Source of the DNA: an uncultured bacterium
Lineage (GTDB): Bacteria; Zhuqueibacterota; QNDG01; JAGLOF01
Length of the DNA: 29,916 bases
Direction: 5' to 3'
Assembly (NCBI GenBank): GCA_964621645.1
Contig: CAZUMH010000035.1
Span: 1 to 29,916 of the forward strand
This document shows positions 16,897-25,936 of this stretch, in pieces. Every line of letters begins with the position of its first letter. The first letter of the stretch is position 1. Both the position numbers and the translations under genes were made by a program. The notes under the pieces were generated by a model that saw nothing but the letters and a program-made list of their open reading frames with translations, was not told the origin of the DNA and ran no database searches.

Positions 16897-17943
16897 CTAC
16901 TTCACCTCATTAAGCGGTATTCCAATCTTCACCGTGGTTCCTCTTCCAGGGGCTGAATCGATGCTGAAAAGATATCGCTCTCCGTAGAGAAGCTGCAGCC
17001 TTTCCTGCAGGCTGCTCAGGCCGTATCCCGGCTCCATTCTCCCGGGATCAAATCCTGGACCATTGTCACTGACCATGATTGAAAGGTATTCTTCCAGCTT
17101 TGTAACGCTTACCACTATCCTGACAGTGCCCTGCCGCCGGTCCAGGACGTGCTTAATGACATTGCCCACCAGCGGCTCCAGTAATAATCCGGGAATGGGA
17201 ATTTCCTGCAATTCTTCAGGGATGATAATTTCATATTCAAGCTGGGACTGGAACCGCAGTTTTTCCAGTTCCAGATAGTCTTTGATGACGCCGATTTCTT
17301 CCCGCAGTGAAACAAAGGTCTGCTGTGAGATGGAGAGGATGCGGCGGTAGACGTTGGAAAGCCGGACAATGCTTTTCTCGGCTTTTTCCTGATCCAGATA
17401 CACGAGAGCGGCCAGGGAATTCAAGGTGTTGAAGAGAAAGTGGGGATTGAGCTTGGCCTGCAGGCCGGCCAGCCTCGCCTCCGATTCCAGCCGTTTCAGG
17501 TGCTCGTTTTCCGTCTCGGCCTGCCGCAGTTTTACCGCTTTCTCCTGTAGGTTGTATTTAAGAACCGTATTGATGGTCATTACCGTACTGGCCACCACCC
17601 CGAAAAGCAGGGAAATATAGAGCGTGGAAAGTTCGATATAGATGCGTCTCTCCAGGATAAAAGTGGCCAGGAGGATTCCCGCCAGGACACCGGCCACCAC
17701 CAGAACGAGAAAAGCGAGGATAAAGAGCACCTTGGGCAGCCTGGCAATTCGATCATAGAAGACAGATATTAAACTGGCACAAAAGAAGGAACAGCAGGCT
17801 GTATAGACGAATGAGTAGTAGAGTGCGCTCATAAATATGACGCCGTTGATGATCCAGTTGATAAAGGTCACTACCAGGCTCAGGGCGATCACGAAAATGA
17901 TCATATTGAGGATGAATCGGGGATCTTTCGGATGTCTGCTCAT
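16897..17943 (-). CDS. LytS/YehU-type sensor histidine kinase (intramembrane-sensing; His_kinase plus HATPase_c)
   Basis: Four N-terminal TM helices have only short loops, so there is no periplasmic sensor domain. 'LNPHFLFNTLNSLAALV' is the PF06580 phospho-acceptor region. The ATPase motifs are 'SDNGPGF' and 'GYGLSSLQERLQLLYG'. A 4-nt overlap joins it to the upstream gene. Confidence 0.9.
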   Translation of the reverse strand: MSRHPKDPRFILNMIIFVIALSLVVTFINWIINGVIFMSALYYSFVYTACCSFFCASLISVFYDRIARLPKVLFILAFLVLVVAGVLAGILLATFILERRIYIELSTLYISLLFGVVASTVMTINTVLKYNLQEKAVKLRQAETENEHLKRLESEARLAGLQAKLNPHFLFNTLNSLAALVYLDQEKAEKSIVRLSNVYRRILSISQQTFVSLREEIGVIKDYLELEKLRFQSQLEYEIIIPEELQEIPIPGLLLEPLVGNVIKHVLDRRQGTVRIVVSVTKLEEYLSIMVSDNGPGFDPGRMEPGYGLSSLQERLQLLYGERYLFSIDSAPGRGTTVKIGIPLNEVK

Positions 17944-19205
17944 CGGATGCGAATTCCTCCCTCGATGGTGCCGGACTGGAAGAAACTGCCGTACTCGGAA
18001 TCGGCTCTCCCTTCAAAGATAAAACTTCTCAGGTAGATAGACAAGGAATTTCCCGTTCTGAAACTGACCTCGGGAATAAATACCGAGCTCCAGTCCTGTC
18101 CGTTTAAAAGTACCGTTGCCTGCAGGTCAAGCCTGCTGGAGAGGGGATACTGCAGGTGCGACATGAAATAATCGCGCATGGCCCCCTGGGCCGAAAAAAG
18201 CTGAAAACACCAGAGCAGATTTCCCAGGGCCGCCTCAGAAAACCCGGCCTGCCTCTCCTGATCCAGGAAACGGGCGTATTCGGTGAGCCGTTGCCACTCT
18301 TCTCTGGTGTATCCGTCGTCCCGGTGGTAGTACTCGAACACCCAGAAGAGGTCCGACGGGAAGGTATACTGGAAGCCGACCAGATAATCGCCGAAGGGAC
18401 GCTTCTCATTACGGAAAGAGGTCTCATAAGGCGACTGGATGAAGAGAACATTACCCTGTTCCAAGGCCAGATGGCGCGGCCGCTCGCTGCCGGAGCGCCA
18501 TCCGGCCTCGCCGTGAATCTCCAGGCGGTCTCCCAGGACGTACGCGAAATTCAGGCCCCAGAACGGTGTATGCCCGTCCTCGAACAGAGTGATTAAGGAC
18601 AGGTCTGCTCCAGCGATATTGCCGTAAAGGCGGGCCGCCAGCCTTTTCTTCTCAAACTGCAGTTTATCTTCCCAGGATAATTTCCCCAGGAGACAGACTG
18701 CGGCCGAAAAGCTCCGGCCGAAATATTCAGCCATGAGGATGTCCTTGCCCACGGCCCTTCTCTCGGAATTATCAGGATCGCTCAGCTCCCGGGTCGGCCC
18801 GATCACATCGGTGGGATTATAACTGAATCCGGTGCCCCAGCGCTGAATGGAGCGTCCGGCCAGCACCACCCAGTTGCCGGTGTCAAGCGTCAAATAGAGC
18901 TGAGGAAAACGGAGGGTCGCGTCCCATGTTTCTTCCCGGGTTACCCGGCCCGCCAGATCGGCCCGCAAACGCAGAAATCCCAGGGATTGATCCATCTCGG
19001 CGTACTGGGTCAGATAACAGTTTAGGCCCTTGTTGAATTCAAGATAGTCGGTCCCCGCCGATTGCGGGTTGAACACACTCGCCCGGTAGCGGTTCCAAAG
19101 AACGCGGTGAAACCCGTACGTCTTCACCTCAAGGGCACCAAGCCGTAAAACCGGAAGCAGAATCAGAAGGGTTTCCATTAAAAGGACCGGAAAAGCTCGT
19201 CGCAT
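17940..19205 (-). CDS. Secreted beta-rich protein of unknown function (possible outer-membrane protein, partner of the LolA-like protein)
   Basis: An N-terminal signal-like segment is followed by aromatic-rich alternating strands. It sits between the LolA-like gene and the kinase with ATGA and 4-nt overlaps. The family call (DUF1302-like) is tentative and from memory. Confidence 0.5.
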   Translation of the reverse strand: MRRAFPVLLMETLLILLPVLRLGALEVKTYGFHRVLWNRYRASVFNPQSAGTDYLEFNKGLNCYLTQYAEMDQSLGFLRLRADLAGRVTREETWDATLRFPQLYLTLDTGNWVVLAGRSIQRWGTGFSYNPTDVIGPTRELSDPDNSERRAVGKDILMAEYFGRSFSAAVCLLGKLSWEDKLQFEKKRLAARLYGNIAGADLSLITLFEDGHTPFWGLNFAYVLGDRLEIHGEAGWRSGSERPRHLALEQGNVLFIQSPYETSFRNEKRPFGDYLVGFQYTFPSDLFWVFEYYHRDDGYTREEWQRLTEYARFLDQERQAGFSEAALGNLLWCFQLFSAQGAMRDYFMSHLQYPLSSRLDLQATVLLNGQDWSSVFIPEVSFRTGNSLSIYLRSFIFEGRADSEYGSFFQSGTIEGGIRIR

Positions 19206-19936
19206 CAGAGATCTCTCACATGGATCAGGTAATTCTTGTTGAAATATTTTATCGGGATGGATTTTTCCCGGATATCCAGATACTCGAAAGTGGTTTTCTG
19301 TCCCGGGCGGATCTCATCTACTATGGTCATGCGGGACAAAATCGGGTGACCGTTTACATTCTGATAGGCATCATAAAAAGCGGTCTTGTAATGTTTGCCG
19401 GAGAGCAGATAGAATTCGGCCTTGCGGGGCTGATAGTCCTCTTTCCTGACGTAGAGGATGATCTTCTGATAGGTGGCCGACGCCTTCTGGGCCTCAAGCT
19501 GCAGCTTGTCACATGGTATTCCGTCTATCTTCTCCTCACCGATTTTCACAGCCTGGTAATCATTTTTATAGCTTACCCGGGCGACATCTCCGTTGGAGGC
19601 CTGTCCCATTAAGCGCTGAATGGGCGTGATGCGGATGGGCCTGCGGGCTGAAGGAAGCTGCACCCACATCTTCTCCTCGTTGTAGAGAATCTTCATATCG
19701 CGGTTGCGCCCCTCTTTTTCCAGCACCAGATTCTGCTCGTCGCCCCTGATGTAGACGTGGAAGAGTGCCGATTCGTCCAGCTTGTCATTCTGAAAAGTCT
19801 TTATCATCAGTTCCAGATAGAACTCCTGGTAGGGCACCCGGTAGGCGTCGATCCTGTCTAGTGCATCCTGGGCCGCCAGATTTTGACAGGCCAGCAGGAT
19901 CATCAGTAATGGAACGGTAAGAAATCGGCGCATCAT
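19205..19936 (-). CDS. LolA-like outer-membrane lipoprotein-sorting-type protein (lipoprotein)
   Basis: Lipobox-like 'LLAC' and the core 'MWVQLPSARRPIRITPIQRLMGQASNGDVARVSY' typical of LolA_like proteins found with FtsX-type ABC transporters. The second Met (19933) has better SD spacing (GAGGAGG). Confidence 0.65.
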   Translation of the reverse strand: MMRRFLTVPLLMILLACQNLAAQDALDRIDAYRVPYQEFYLELMIKTFQNDKLDESALFHVYIRGDEQNLVLEKEGRNRDMKILYNEEKMWVQLPSARRPIRITPIQRLMGQASNGDVARVSYKNDYQAVKIGEEKIDGIPCDKLQLEAQKASATYQKIILYVRKEDYQPRKAEFYLLSGKHYKTAFYDAYQNVNGHPILSRMTIVDEIRPGQKTTFEYLDIREKSIPIKYFNKNYLIHVRDL

Positions 19937-19957
19937 ATCCTCCTCACAAAACCTTGA

Positions 19958-21190
19958 TTAAATATGCCCCAGGGCATCCACGATCTTGAGCCGGGTCACC
20001 CGGAATGCCGGAAAAATGGAAGAAAGAGTGGTCACTACCACGGTTACCAGGAATATCTGCACAAAGGTGGACATCTGATTACGGATGAGGAGCTCATACC
20101 CTTCCGTCGCTCCGGGCGGGGGCGGCATCATCAGCCCGGCGCTGTTGATGACCCAGCCGGCCAGAAGCGCGAATCCAACCGCCAGAACGCCGCCGATGAT
20201 CCCGATAAACAATCCTTCCGCCGTGAACATAATCACCGTCTGCAGCCGGGAGGTCCCCACCGAAAGCAGGGTACCGATCTCCCGGGTGCGCTCCACGATG
20301 GACATCACCACCGTATTGGAAGTGCTGAAGAACACGATAATGAAAAGAACCAGTGAGATGAATCCGACGATCTGATTGAAAAAACGGAGCACCTGGTGAT
20401 AATAGGCCGCCAGCTCGTCCCATTTTTTTATTACTATCGGATATCCCTTTTCCTTGGCCCAATCGTTGATTTCCCGGTAAACCCGGTCCGTTTTTTCCGT
20501 CTGATCCAGGGTTACCACCAGCTTGTTCACCTTTTTTGTGTTCAGCAGCATTTGAGCCGTGGAGAGACAGAGCCGCACGGCCCGCTTGTCGTATTCGCTC
20601 ATACCGGACGTGAAAATATCCACCACCTGCACGTCCACGGCGTTCAGGGCGCCGTCGGTTGTGCTGGTCATCAAGGTGAGCCAGTCTCCCACTTTGGCGT
20701 TTAGGGATTTTGCCAGTCCCTGCCCCAGGGCCACACCGTCCGTTTCATGCTGGGCGGCGATGAGGGAATCGAAATCCGCTCCCGTTCCCCGGAAGAGGGT
20801 ACGCAGGGTTTTTTCCTTCTCTGGTTCCACGGCCTCACCGACAAAGGCCACCGACTTGTCCCCGTTGGAAATCAATCCCATCAGTTCGATCCTGGCCAGG
20901 ACCAGGTGAACATCCAGCATTTGGTTTAATCCTTCCCGGATCTCCTCGAAATCATCCAGGCCGTACTGGAGGATGGTATCTTCTTCTTTGTCAAAATAAT
21001 CCTTGTTGAAAATCTGCAGATGTCCGGTTTCAGAGTGAATGGTGCTCTCCCGCAGACCCCAGTCAATGAATGCGGTATGTCCCATGGTCAGAAGCAGGGA
21101 ACCGATCCCGAAGGTGATGACGATCAGGGTGATCAGGGTGCGCCGTTTCTGCCGGAAGAGGCTGCGGAAACCGAGTTTTATGAACGTCAT
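19958..21190 (-). CDS. ABC transporter permease, FtsX/MacB/LolC type (4 TM with large periplasmic domain)
   Basis: The architecture is TM1, then a ~230-aa periplasmic domain, then three C-terminal TMs. 'FtsX' C-terminal region 'VERTREIGTLLSVGTSRLQTVIMFTAEGLFIGIIGG' is present. A 4-nt overlap joins it to the ATPase gene. Confidence 0.85.
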   Translation of the reverse strand: MTFIKLGFRSLFRQKRRTLITLIVITFGIGSLLLTMGHTAFIDWGLRESTIHSETGHLQIFNKDYFDKEEDTILQYGLDDFEEIREGLNQMLDVHLVLARIELMGLISNGDKSVAFVGEAVEPEKEKTLRTLFRGTGADFDSLIAAQHETDGVALGQGLAKSLNAKVGDWLTLMTSTTDGALNAVDVQVVDIFTSGMSEYDKRAVRLCLSTAQMLLNTKKVNKLVVTLDQTEKTDRVYREINDWAKEKGYPIVIKKWDELAAYYHQVLRFFNQIVGFISLVLFIIVFFSTSNTVVMSIVERTREIGTLLSVGTSRLQTVIMFTAEGLFIGIIGGVLAVGFALLAGWVINSAGLMMPPPPGATEGYELLIRNQMSTFVQIFLVTVVVTTLSSIFPAFRVTRLKIVDALGHI

Positions 21191-21894
21191 GCCCGGCCTC
21201 CTTTCGCCTCGGTGGACGATTCGATCTCTCCGTCCCGCAGATGGACCACCCTTCTCCCCTTGCCAATAATCATCGGGTCATGCGAGGAAAACACGAAGGT
21301 GATCCCATCCTCCCGGTTCAGTTTCTCCATGAGTTCGAGAATATCCAGACCTGTGGTGGAATCGAGGTTGGCGGTGGGTTCATCAGCCAAAACGATATCA
21401 GGCCGCTTCACCACCGCCCGGGCGATCGATACCCGCTGCCGCTGTCCGCCGGACAGTTCCCTGGGCTTGTGCTTCCGTCGATCAAGCAGCCCCACCTGTT
21501 CCAGAGCCTTTCCAACACGCTCCCTGCGCTCCTGCCGGGGTGTGGATTGGAGGATCAGGGGATACTCCACATTCTCATATACATTCATCACCGGAATCAG
21601 GTTGAATGTCTGAAAGATAAAACCGATACGATCGCGCCGCTGCTGGTACAGACTGTTTATCCGGCGCGCCGCCACGGGTTCTTCCCGGAAGAAAAGACTT
21701 CCTGAAGTAGGCGTGTCTATGAGTCCCATGATGTTGAGGAGGGTGGTCTTGCCGCTGCCCGAACTGCCGGCGATGACCAGAAAGTCAGCGACAGACACGC
21801 TAATGGAAATATTCTTCAGGGCCGGGATGCGGACCCGACCCAGAAAATAGTCTTTATTGATTCCCTCAGCGCGTATAAGTATCTCTTTTGTCAT
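21187..21894 (-). CDS. ABC transporter ATP-binding protein (MacB/LolD-like)
   Basis: Walker A 'GSSGSGKTTLLNIMG', signature 'LSGGQRQRVSIARA', Walker B 'IVLADEPTANLD', H-loop 'SSHD'. Confidence 0.95.
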   Translation of the reverse strand: MTKEILIRAEGINKDYFLGRVRIPALKNISISVSVADFLVIAGSSGSGKTTLLNIMGLIDTPTSGSLFFREEPVAARRINSLYQQRRDRIGFIFQTFNLIPVMNVYENVEYPLILQSTPRQERRERVGKALEQVGLLDRRKHKPRELSGGQRQRVSIARAVVKRPDIVLADEPTANLDSTTGLDILELMEKLNREDGITFVFSSHDPMIIGKGRRVVHLRDGEIESSTEAKGGRA

Positions 21895-22556
21895 TTTTTA
21901 TCCCCGTTGATAAGTTCGGCCGCCTGCCGCCCCAATGTCGATTCAGGGTTAAGCGCTGCGGTCCTGGCAAACAGGTCTTCCGCCTTGGATGCCTTGCCCA
22001 AGTTCTTCAGCGCTAATCCGTAGTGGAAGTAAAATGTCTGCCATTCTTCTCCACTAAATCCGATATCACCTTTACCGGCGAGCTCCTCAATATGACTGAA
22101 ATCCGCCACAGCCAGAGGGAGCCGCTGAAACATCTCCGGCAGGTAAACATCGATGACTCCTCTCGTTAAAAGTACCCGGGCGTCATCCGGATTGAGCTGT
22201 GCGGCCTTGTCCATCTTGCCCAGAGAAAGCTCCATAAACTCCATCTTATCCATGGGATCATTCGCGTCCCGGGCCCGCAGGCTGTACACCGCTCCCAGCT
22301 GCACCATAGCCAGACCATTACGGGGCTGCTGCTCCAGCACCGTGCTGAAACATTTATCGGCCTTGTCCAGCGCCTCCGGATCGTTTCCCTGAGCGGCCTG
22401 CTCATAGTAGTGCCCGCCGGCTTCCAGGAGCACGTCCACGTTGTTTGGATCATTCTTAAGTCGTGTCTTCCAATCCTCATCCTGAGCATAAAGAAAGGTA
22501 CTGCTCAGGATTAAAACCAGCAAGGTAAAAGTACTGCCGAAAAACATCTTTTTCAT
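21891..22556 (-). CDS. Secreted TPR-like repeat protein (first gene of the ABC/LolA-like/TCS operon)
   Basis: Signal peptide 'MKKMFFGSTFTLLVLILSSTFLYAQ' and helical repeat content. A strong AGGAG SD lies 6 nt upstream. Its stop overlaps the ATPase start. Confidence 0.7.
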   Translation of the reverse strand: MKKMFFGSTFTLLVLILSSTFLYAQDEDWKTRLKNDPNNVDVLLEAGGHYYEQAAQGNDPEALDKADKCFSTVLEQQPRNGLAMVQLGAVYSLRARDANDPMDKMEFMELSLGKMDKAAQLNPDDARVLLTRGVIDVYLPEMFQRLPLAVADFSHIEELAGKGDIGFSGEEWQTFYFHYGLALKNLGKASKAEDLFARTAALNPESTLGRQAAELINGDKK

Positions 22557-22739
22557 TTCATTCTCCTTTTTTCTTGATCTACAGAAACCTGTTTGATGGC
22601 GTCAACAAGATAATGTATTGTCAAAGGGACTCCAACTGAGTGATGATAAAAGAGGAAAATAGATGGATGAAAGCGGGATTTTAGCGGATGAAAAGAGTAC
22701 GTCGATTGACGAGGACGGACGCTGCCGCGGACTTTACCC

Positions 22740-22768
22740 TTGCATCTTACCCGTGAAAATCGTACACT
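22740..22768 (+). promoter_or_regulatory. Candidate sigma70-type promoter for the C69 peptidase gene
   Basis: TTGCAT (22740-22745), a 17-nt spacer, then TACACT (22763-22768), about 40 nt upstream of the ATG at 22808. It lies in the divergent intergenic region shared with the minus-strand TPR/ABC operon. Confidence 0.25.
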
Positions 22769-22807
22769 AACTTTGACTTTCCCGTCTTTAATTTCAAGGA
22801 GGATACC

Positions 22808-24493
22808 ATGCGGAAATCCCGCCTTCTTCTGACCTGCCTGCTTGCTTTTTCTGCCTTCATGTGGATAAGTGCCGCCGCCCCGGCTCAAACCAATCCCCCC
22901 GGCAGCGAGCAGGCGGATGATGCCTGCACCGACATCATCGTGGGTCGGCTGGCCTCTCTGGATGGCTCAGTCATAACCTCCCATACCGGCTGCGGACCTG
23001 ATTGCCGGGTGCGGGTTGTCAAAGGAAAAACATTCGAGAAGGGAGCCAAAGCACCAGTATACTATGGTATTCAGGAGGTGGATAAACCGCTTAATCAGTA
23101 CGGAGAAGTTCTCGGCTACATCCCCCAGGTACGGCGCACCTACACCTATTTCCACTCGGCGTATTCGCACATGAACGAACATCAGCTGGCTATCGGCGAA
23201 TCAACCCTGAGCCAGCGGGATGAGCTCAAGGTGAATCGTGACAACGGCAAACAGATTATGACCATCGAACAGGCCCAGATCTTCGCTCTGCAGCGATGCA
23301 CCACAGCCCGCCAGGCTGTTCGTCTCATCGGATCTCTCATGGAGACATACGGATTCCTGCCCTCCTGCGGCCCGGAATCTGAAGCCCTTTCAATCGCCGA
23401 CACCAAAGAGGCCTGGGTGCTGGAGGTCTTTGCCGTGGGCCCGGACTGGGATCCGAAAAGCGGAAAGCCCGGTGCTATCTGGGCCGCCCAGCGGGTTCCT
23501 GATGACCACATCTGTATTATTCCCAACTGGTCGGTGATCAAGGGAATCGACCTTTCCCGGCCCGACTGGTTCATGGCGTCCTCGAATTATCAAAAGGTGG
23601 CCATCGAACACGGCTGGTGGAACCCCAAGAGTGGAGAGCCCTTCATCTGGCAGAAGGCCTACTCTCCCATACCGCGGGAATGGGCCACTTCCCGCTTCTG
23701 GCTCTTCTTCTCCACTTTTGCGCCTCATCTCAAGAAATGGCCCACCAGAGATCTTTCCAATCCCTACCGCGGTTACGACAATTATCATCAGTATGTAGAG
23801 GATCTCGCAATCTATCCATTTTCGGTGAAACCGGAACTCAAACTCTCGGTACGGGACGTCATCGCCTTCCAGCGGTCGGTCTATGAAGGAACAATTTACG
23901 ACATGACCGCCGACTATGACTGGTACGTTCCAGACCGGGAAGGCCGGATGAAGAAAAGCCCCCTGGCCACTCCCTTCCCCACCCGGGATATGCGGGAGCT
24001 CCTGGACATTCCCTACCGGCGCATGGTCTCCCGCGGCGGCTACGGCATGGTGGCTCAGCTGCGCTCTTGGCTCCCGGATGCCGTGGGCGGCGTCTACTGG
24101 TTCTATCTGGACAATCAGTATGTCAGCACGTATGTGCCCATCTACGCCGGGGTGGAGGAAATCCATCCCAGCTACAAGGAATACGATCCCGGCTGTTACA
24201 GCGAGACCTCGGCCCGCTGGGCGATTGATTTCGTGGATAATCTGCTCTACCTGAAGTGGCAGGAGGCGGTCAAGGATCTGCGAGCCCGGCGCGGCCCTCT
24301 GGAAGAGAGCTTCTTCACGGAACAGGCCCGGATTGACTCGCAGGCCGTCAGCCTTTTAAAGGAGGACCCGGAAAAGGCCCGGGATTTCCTTACGGATTAC
24401 ACCAACTCCTGTATGGAGAAAACGGTGACGATGTACCATGAGCTGCGCGATCTGCTCATCACCAAGTATACCAACAACAAGCAGGGCCTCTGA
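22808..24493 (+). CDS. Secreted peptidase family C69 (Ntn-hydrolase dipeptidase, PepD-like)
   Basis: After the signal peptide comes the characteristic nucleophile context 'DACTDIIVGRLASLDGSVITSHTGCGPDCRVRVV' (compare the C69 start 'CTT(I/F)(L/I)VGK.AS.DGS'). An AAGGAGG SD lies upstream. Confidence 0.8.
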   Translation: MRKSRLLLTCLLAFSAFMWISAAAPAQTNPPGSEQADDACTDIIVGRLASLDGSVITSHTGCGPDCRVRVVKGKTFEKGAKAPVYYGIQEVDKPLNQYGEVLGYIPQVRRTYTYFHSAYSHMNEHQLAIGESTLSQRDELKVNRDNGKQIMTIEQAQIFALQRCTTARQAVRLIGSLMETYGFLPSCGPESEALSIADTKEAWVLEVFAVGPDWDPKSGKPGAIWAAQRVPDDHICIIPNWSVIKGIDLSRPDWFMASSNYQKVAIEHGWWNPKSGEPFIWQKAYSPIPREWATSRFWLFFSTFAPHLKKWPTRDLSNPYRGYDNYHQYVEDLAIYPFSVKPELKLSVRDVIAFQRSVYEGTIYDMTADYDWYVPDREGRMKKSPLATPFPTRDMRELLDIPYRRMVSRGGYGMVAQLRSWLPDAVGGVYWFYLDNQYVSTYVPIYAGVEEIHPSYKEYDPGCYSETSARWAIDFVDNLLYLKWQEAVKDLRARRGPLEESFFTEQARIDSQAVSLLKEDPEKARDFLTDYTNSCMEKTVTMYHELRDLLITKYTNNKQGL

Positions 24494-24515
24494 TCACTTG
24501 TTATCTGGATATGAA

Positions 24516-24875
24516 ATGAGCCGCATGAAAATCCTTCTCATCATCCGCTGGATCGCACGGATTCTTGGTGCCTTTCTCATCCTGCTGATCGTTCTGCTTA
24601 TTATTGGCGAGGATCTGCCCCGGCCTTCGGAACTATCCAATCAGGGGATAGGGATGTTTTTCTGCCTGGCCCTGATGCTCGCGGGACTGATTCTGGGCCT
24701 GACGCGGGAGGGTGCGGGTGGTGGTCTCGTCCTGGCCGGATTCCTGGGATTCGCTCTTCTGGAAGGTGAATTTCCCGGCGGCTGGGTTTTTCCCTTCCTG
24801 CCGCTCTGCGGTATACTCTATCTCGTCTCATTTCTCGGTCACCGTCTTTTGAATAGAAAGAGGACTGCGGGATGA
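24516..24875 (+). CDS. Small integral membrane protein of unknown function
   Basis: Three to four hydrophobic helices ('ILGAFLILLIVLLIIG', 'MFFCLALMLAGLILGL', 'LVLAGFLGFALL', 'LPLCGILYLVSFL'). The tracked ORF starts at 24438 inside the C69 gene, so I prefer the in-frame ATG at 24516. Its stop overlaps the next start (ATGA). Confidence 0.55.
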   Translation: MSRMKILLIIRWIARILGAFLILLIVLLIIGEDLPRPSELSNQGIGMFFCLALMLAGLILGLTREGAGGGLVLAGFLGFALLEGEFPGGWVFPFLPLCGILYLVSFLGHRLLNRKRTAG

Positions 24876-25243
24876 ATCACTCCGCAACCGGATCGGAAAA
24901 CAACCGCCCCGTCTATTCCACGGACAGGGGCCGTCTCTGTCCGGAATGCGGTCTGGCGCTGGCGAGATGTCTATGCCGGAATGAAGCGGTTCGGTATCAT
25001 ACTGACGATGTCATCCATCTGTACCGGGAAGTGAAGGGCCGTAAAGGCAAAGTCGTCACCATAATCACCGGGATTGGAGGCAGCCGGGAGGATCTGAAAG
25101 AAATGGCCCGGCAGATAAAACAGGCTCTTGGTACGGGAGGTAGCATTCAGGAGGGAGACATTTTAATTCAGGGCGACCACCGCACCGCGATTAAAGACTG
25201 GCTCTCCAAGAGAGGATTAAATGTGAAGATTTCAGGAGGATGA
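24872..25243 (+). CDS. yciH: Translation initiation factor SUI1/eIF1 family protein (YciH)
   Basis: The Cys-rich N-terminus 'CPECGLALARCLC' is followed by the SUI1 core 'KGRKGKVVTIITGIGGSREDLKEMARQIKQALGTGGSIQEGDILIQGDHR'. A GAAAGAGGA SD lies 8-9 nt upstream. Confidence 0.9.
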   Translation: MNHSATGSENNRPVYSTDRGRLCPECGLALARCLCRNEAVRYHTDDVIHLYREVKGRKGKVVTIITGIGGSREDLKEMARQIKQALGTGGSIQEGDILIQGDHRTAIKDWLSKRGLNVKISGG

Positions 25244-25367
25244 AAAGGGACTAAATCCCGTGACCTGAAATAAAAATATATTCCAGTCCTTAAAATAAGG
25301 TTCGGACGGGAATATTTCACCTGTACATCTTTAAAATTTACGCATCGTTCGATTTCGGAAAAGCCTG

Positions 25368-25901
25368 TTACCCCTCACCCAAGTATGACACGTCGATTTT
25401 AACCGTATCCACTGCGCCTTCCTGAGCATTGACGGCTTTTGCGCCGATATACTGTATCACACCCCTCTGCTCGAATGCGATAAGAATCCAGTTGAGCCCC
25501 AGTGTGCCGCTCACCGTGCCATAGGCCGAAGTGGAATCCATCTCCAGGGTCTGGTCCGAAATTACCGGCAGATCCCGTGACCCGAGAAACTGCTTCCAGC
25601 CTTCTCTGGTATAAATCAGGCTGTTGGTGTCCTGGGCAACGGCGTACACCGCGTTGTAAAAATCCGAAACGTCCTGACTTTGTTCAAAAGAAGTCAGGCT
25701 CTCGAATTTGTCATTCAAATCAACCACCATGACCCAGGCCAGGTCGATAAGGGTCGCCTTTGCCAAAGTGCTTGGGTTATCATTAAAAGCGACTTTGAGG
25801 ATGAACCGCGGTGACTCATCCGGCCCGGTGATGAAACCGGCGCATCCTCCCAATATCAAAAGAAGGATAAGAAAGATAGCAATGGGATGTATTCTTTTCA
25901 T
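25368..25901 (-). CDS. Lipoprotein of unknown function
   Basis: Signal peptide with lipobox 'LILGGC'. No recognisable catalytic motifs. Confidence 0.6.
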   Translation of the reverse strand: MKRIHPIAIFLILLLILGGCAGFITGPDESPRFILKVAFNDNPSTLAKATLIDLAWVMVVDLNDKFESLTSFEQSQDVSDFYNAVYAVAQDTNSLIYTREGWKQFLGSRDLPVISDQTLEMDSTSAYGTVSGTLGLNWILIAFEQRGVIQYIGAKAVNAQEGAVDTVKIDVSYLGEG

Positions 25902-25936
25902 GGATTTGCTCTCCTTGTCTGTCTCGTACTATCGCC

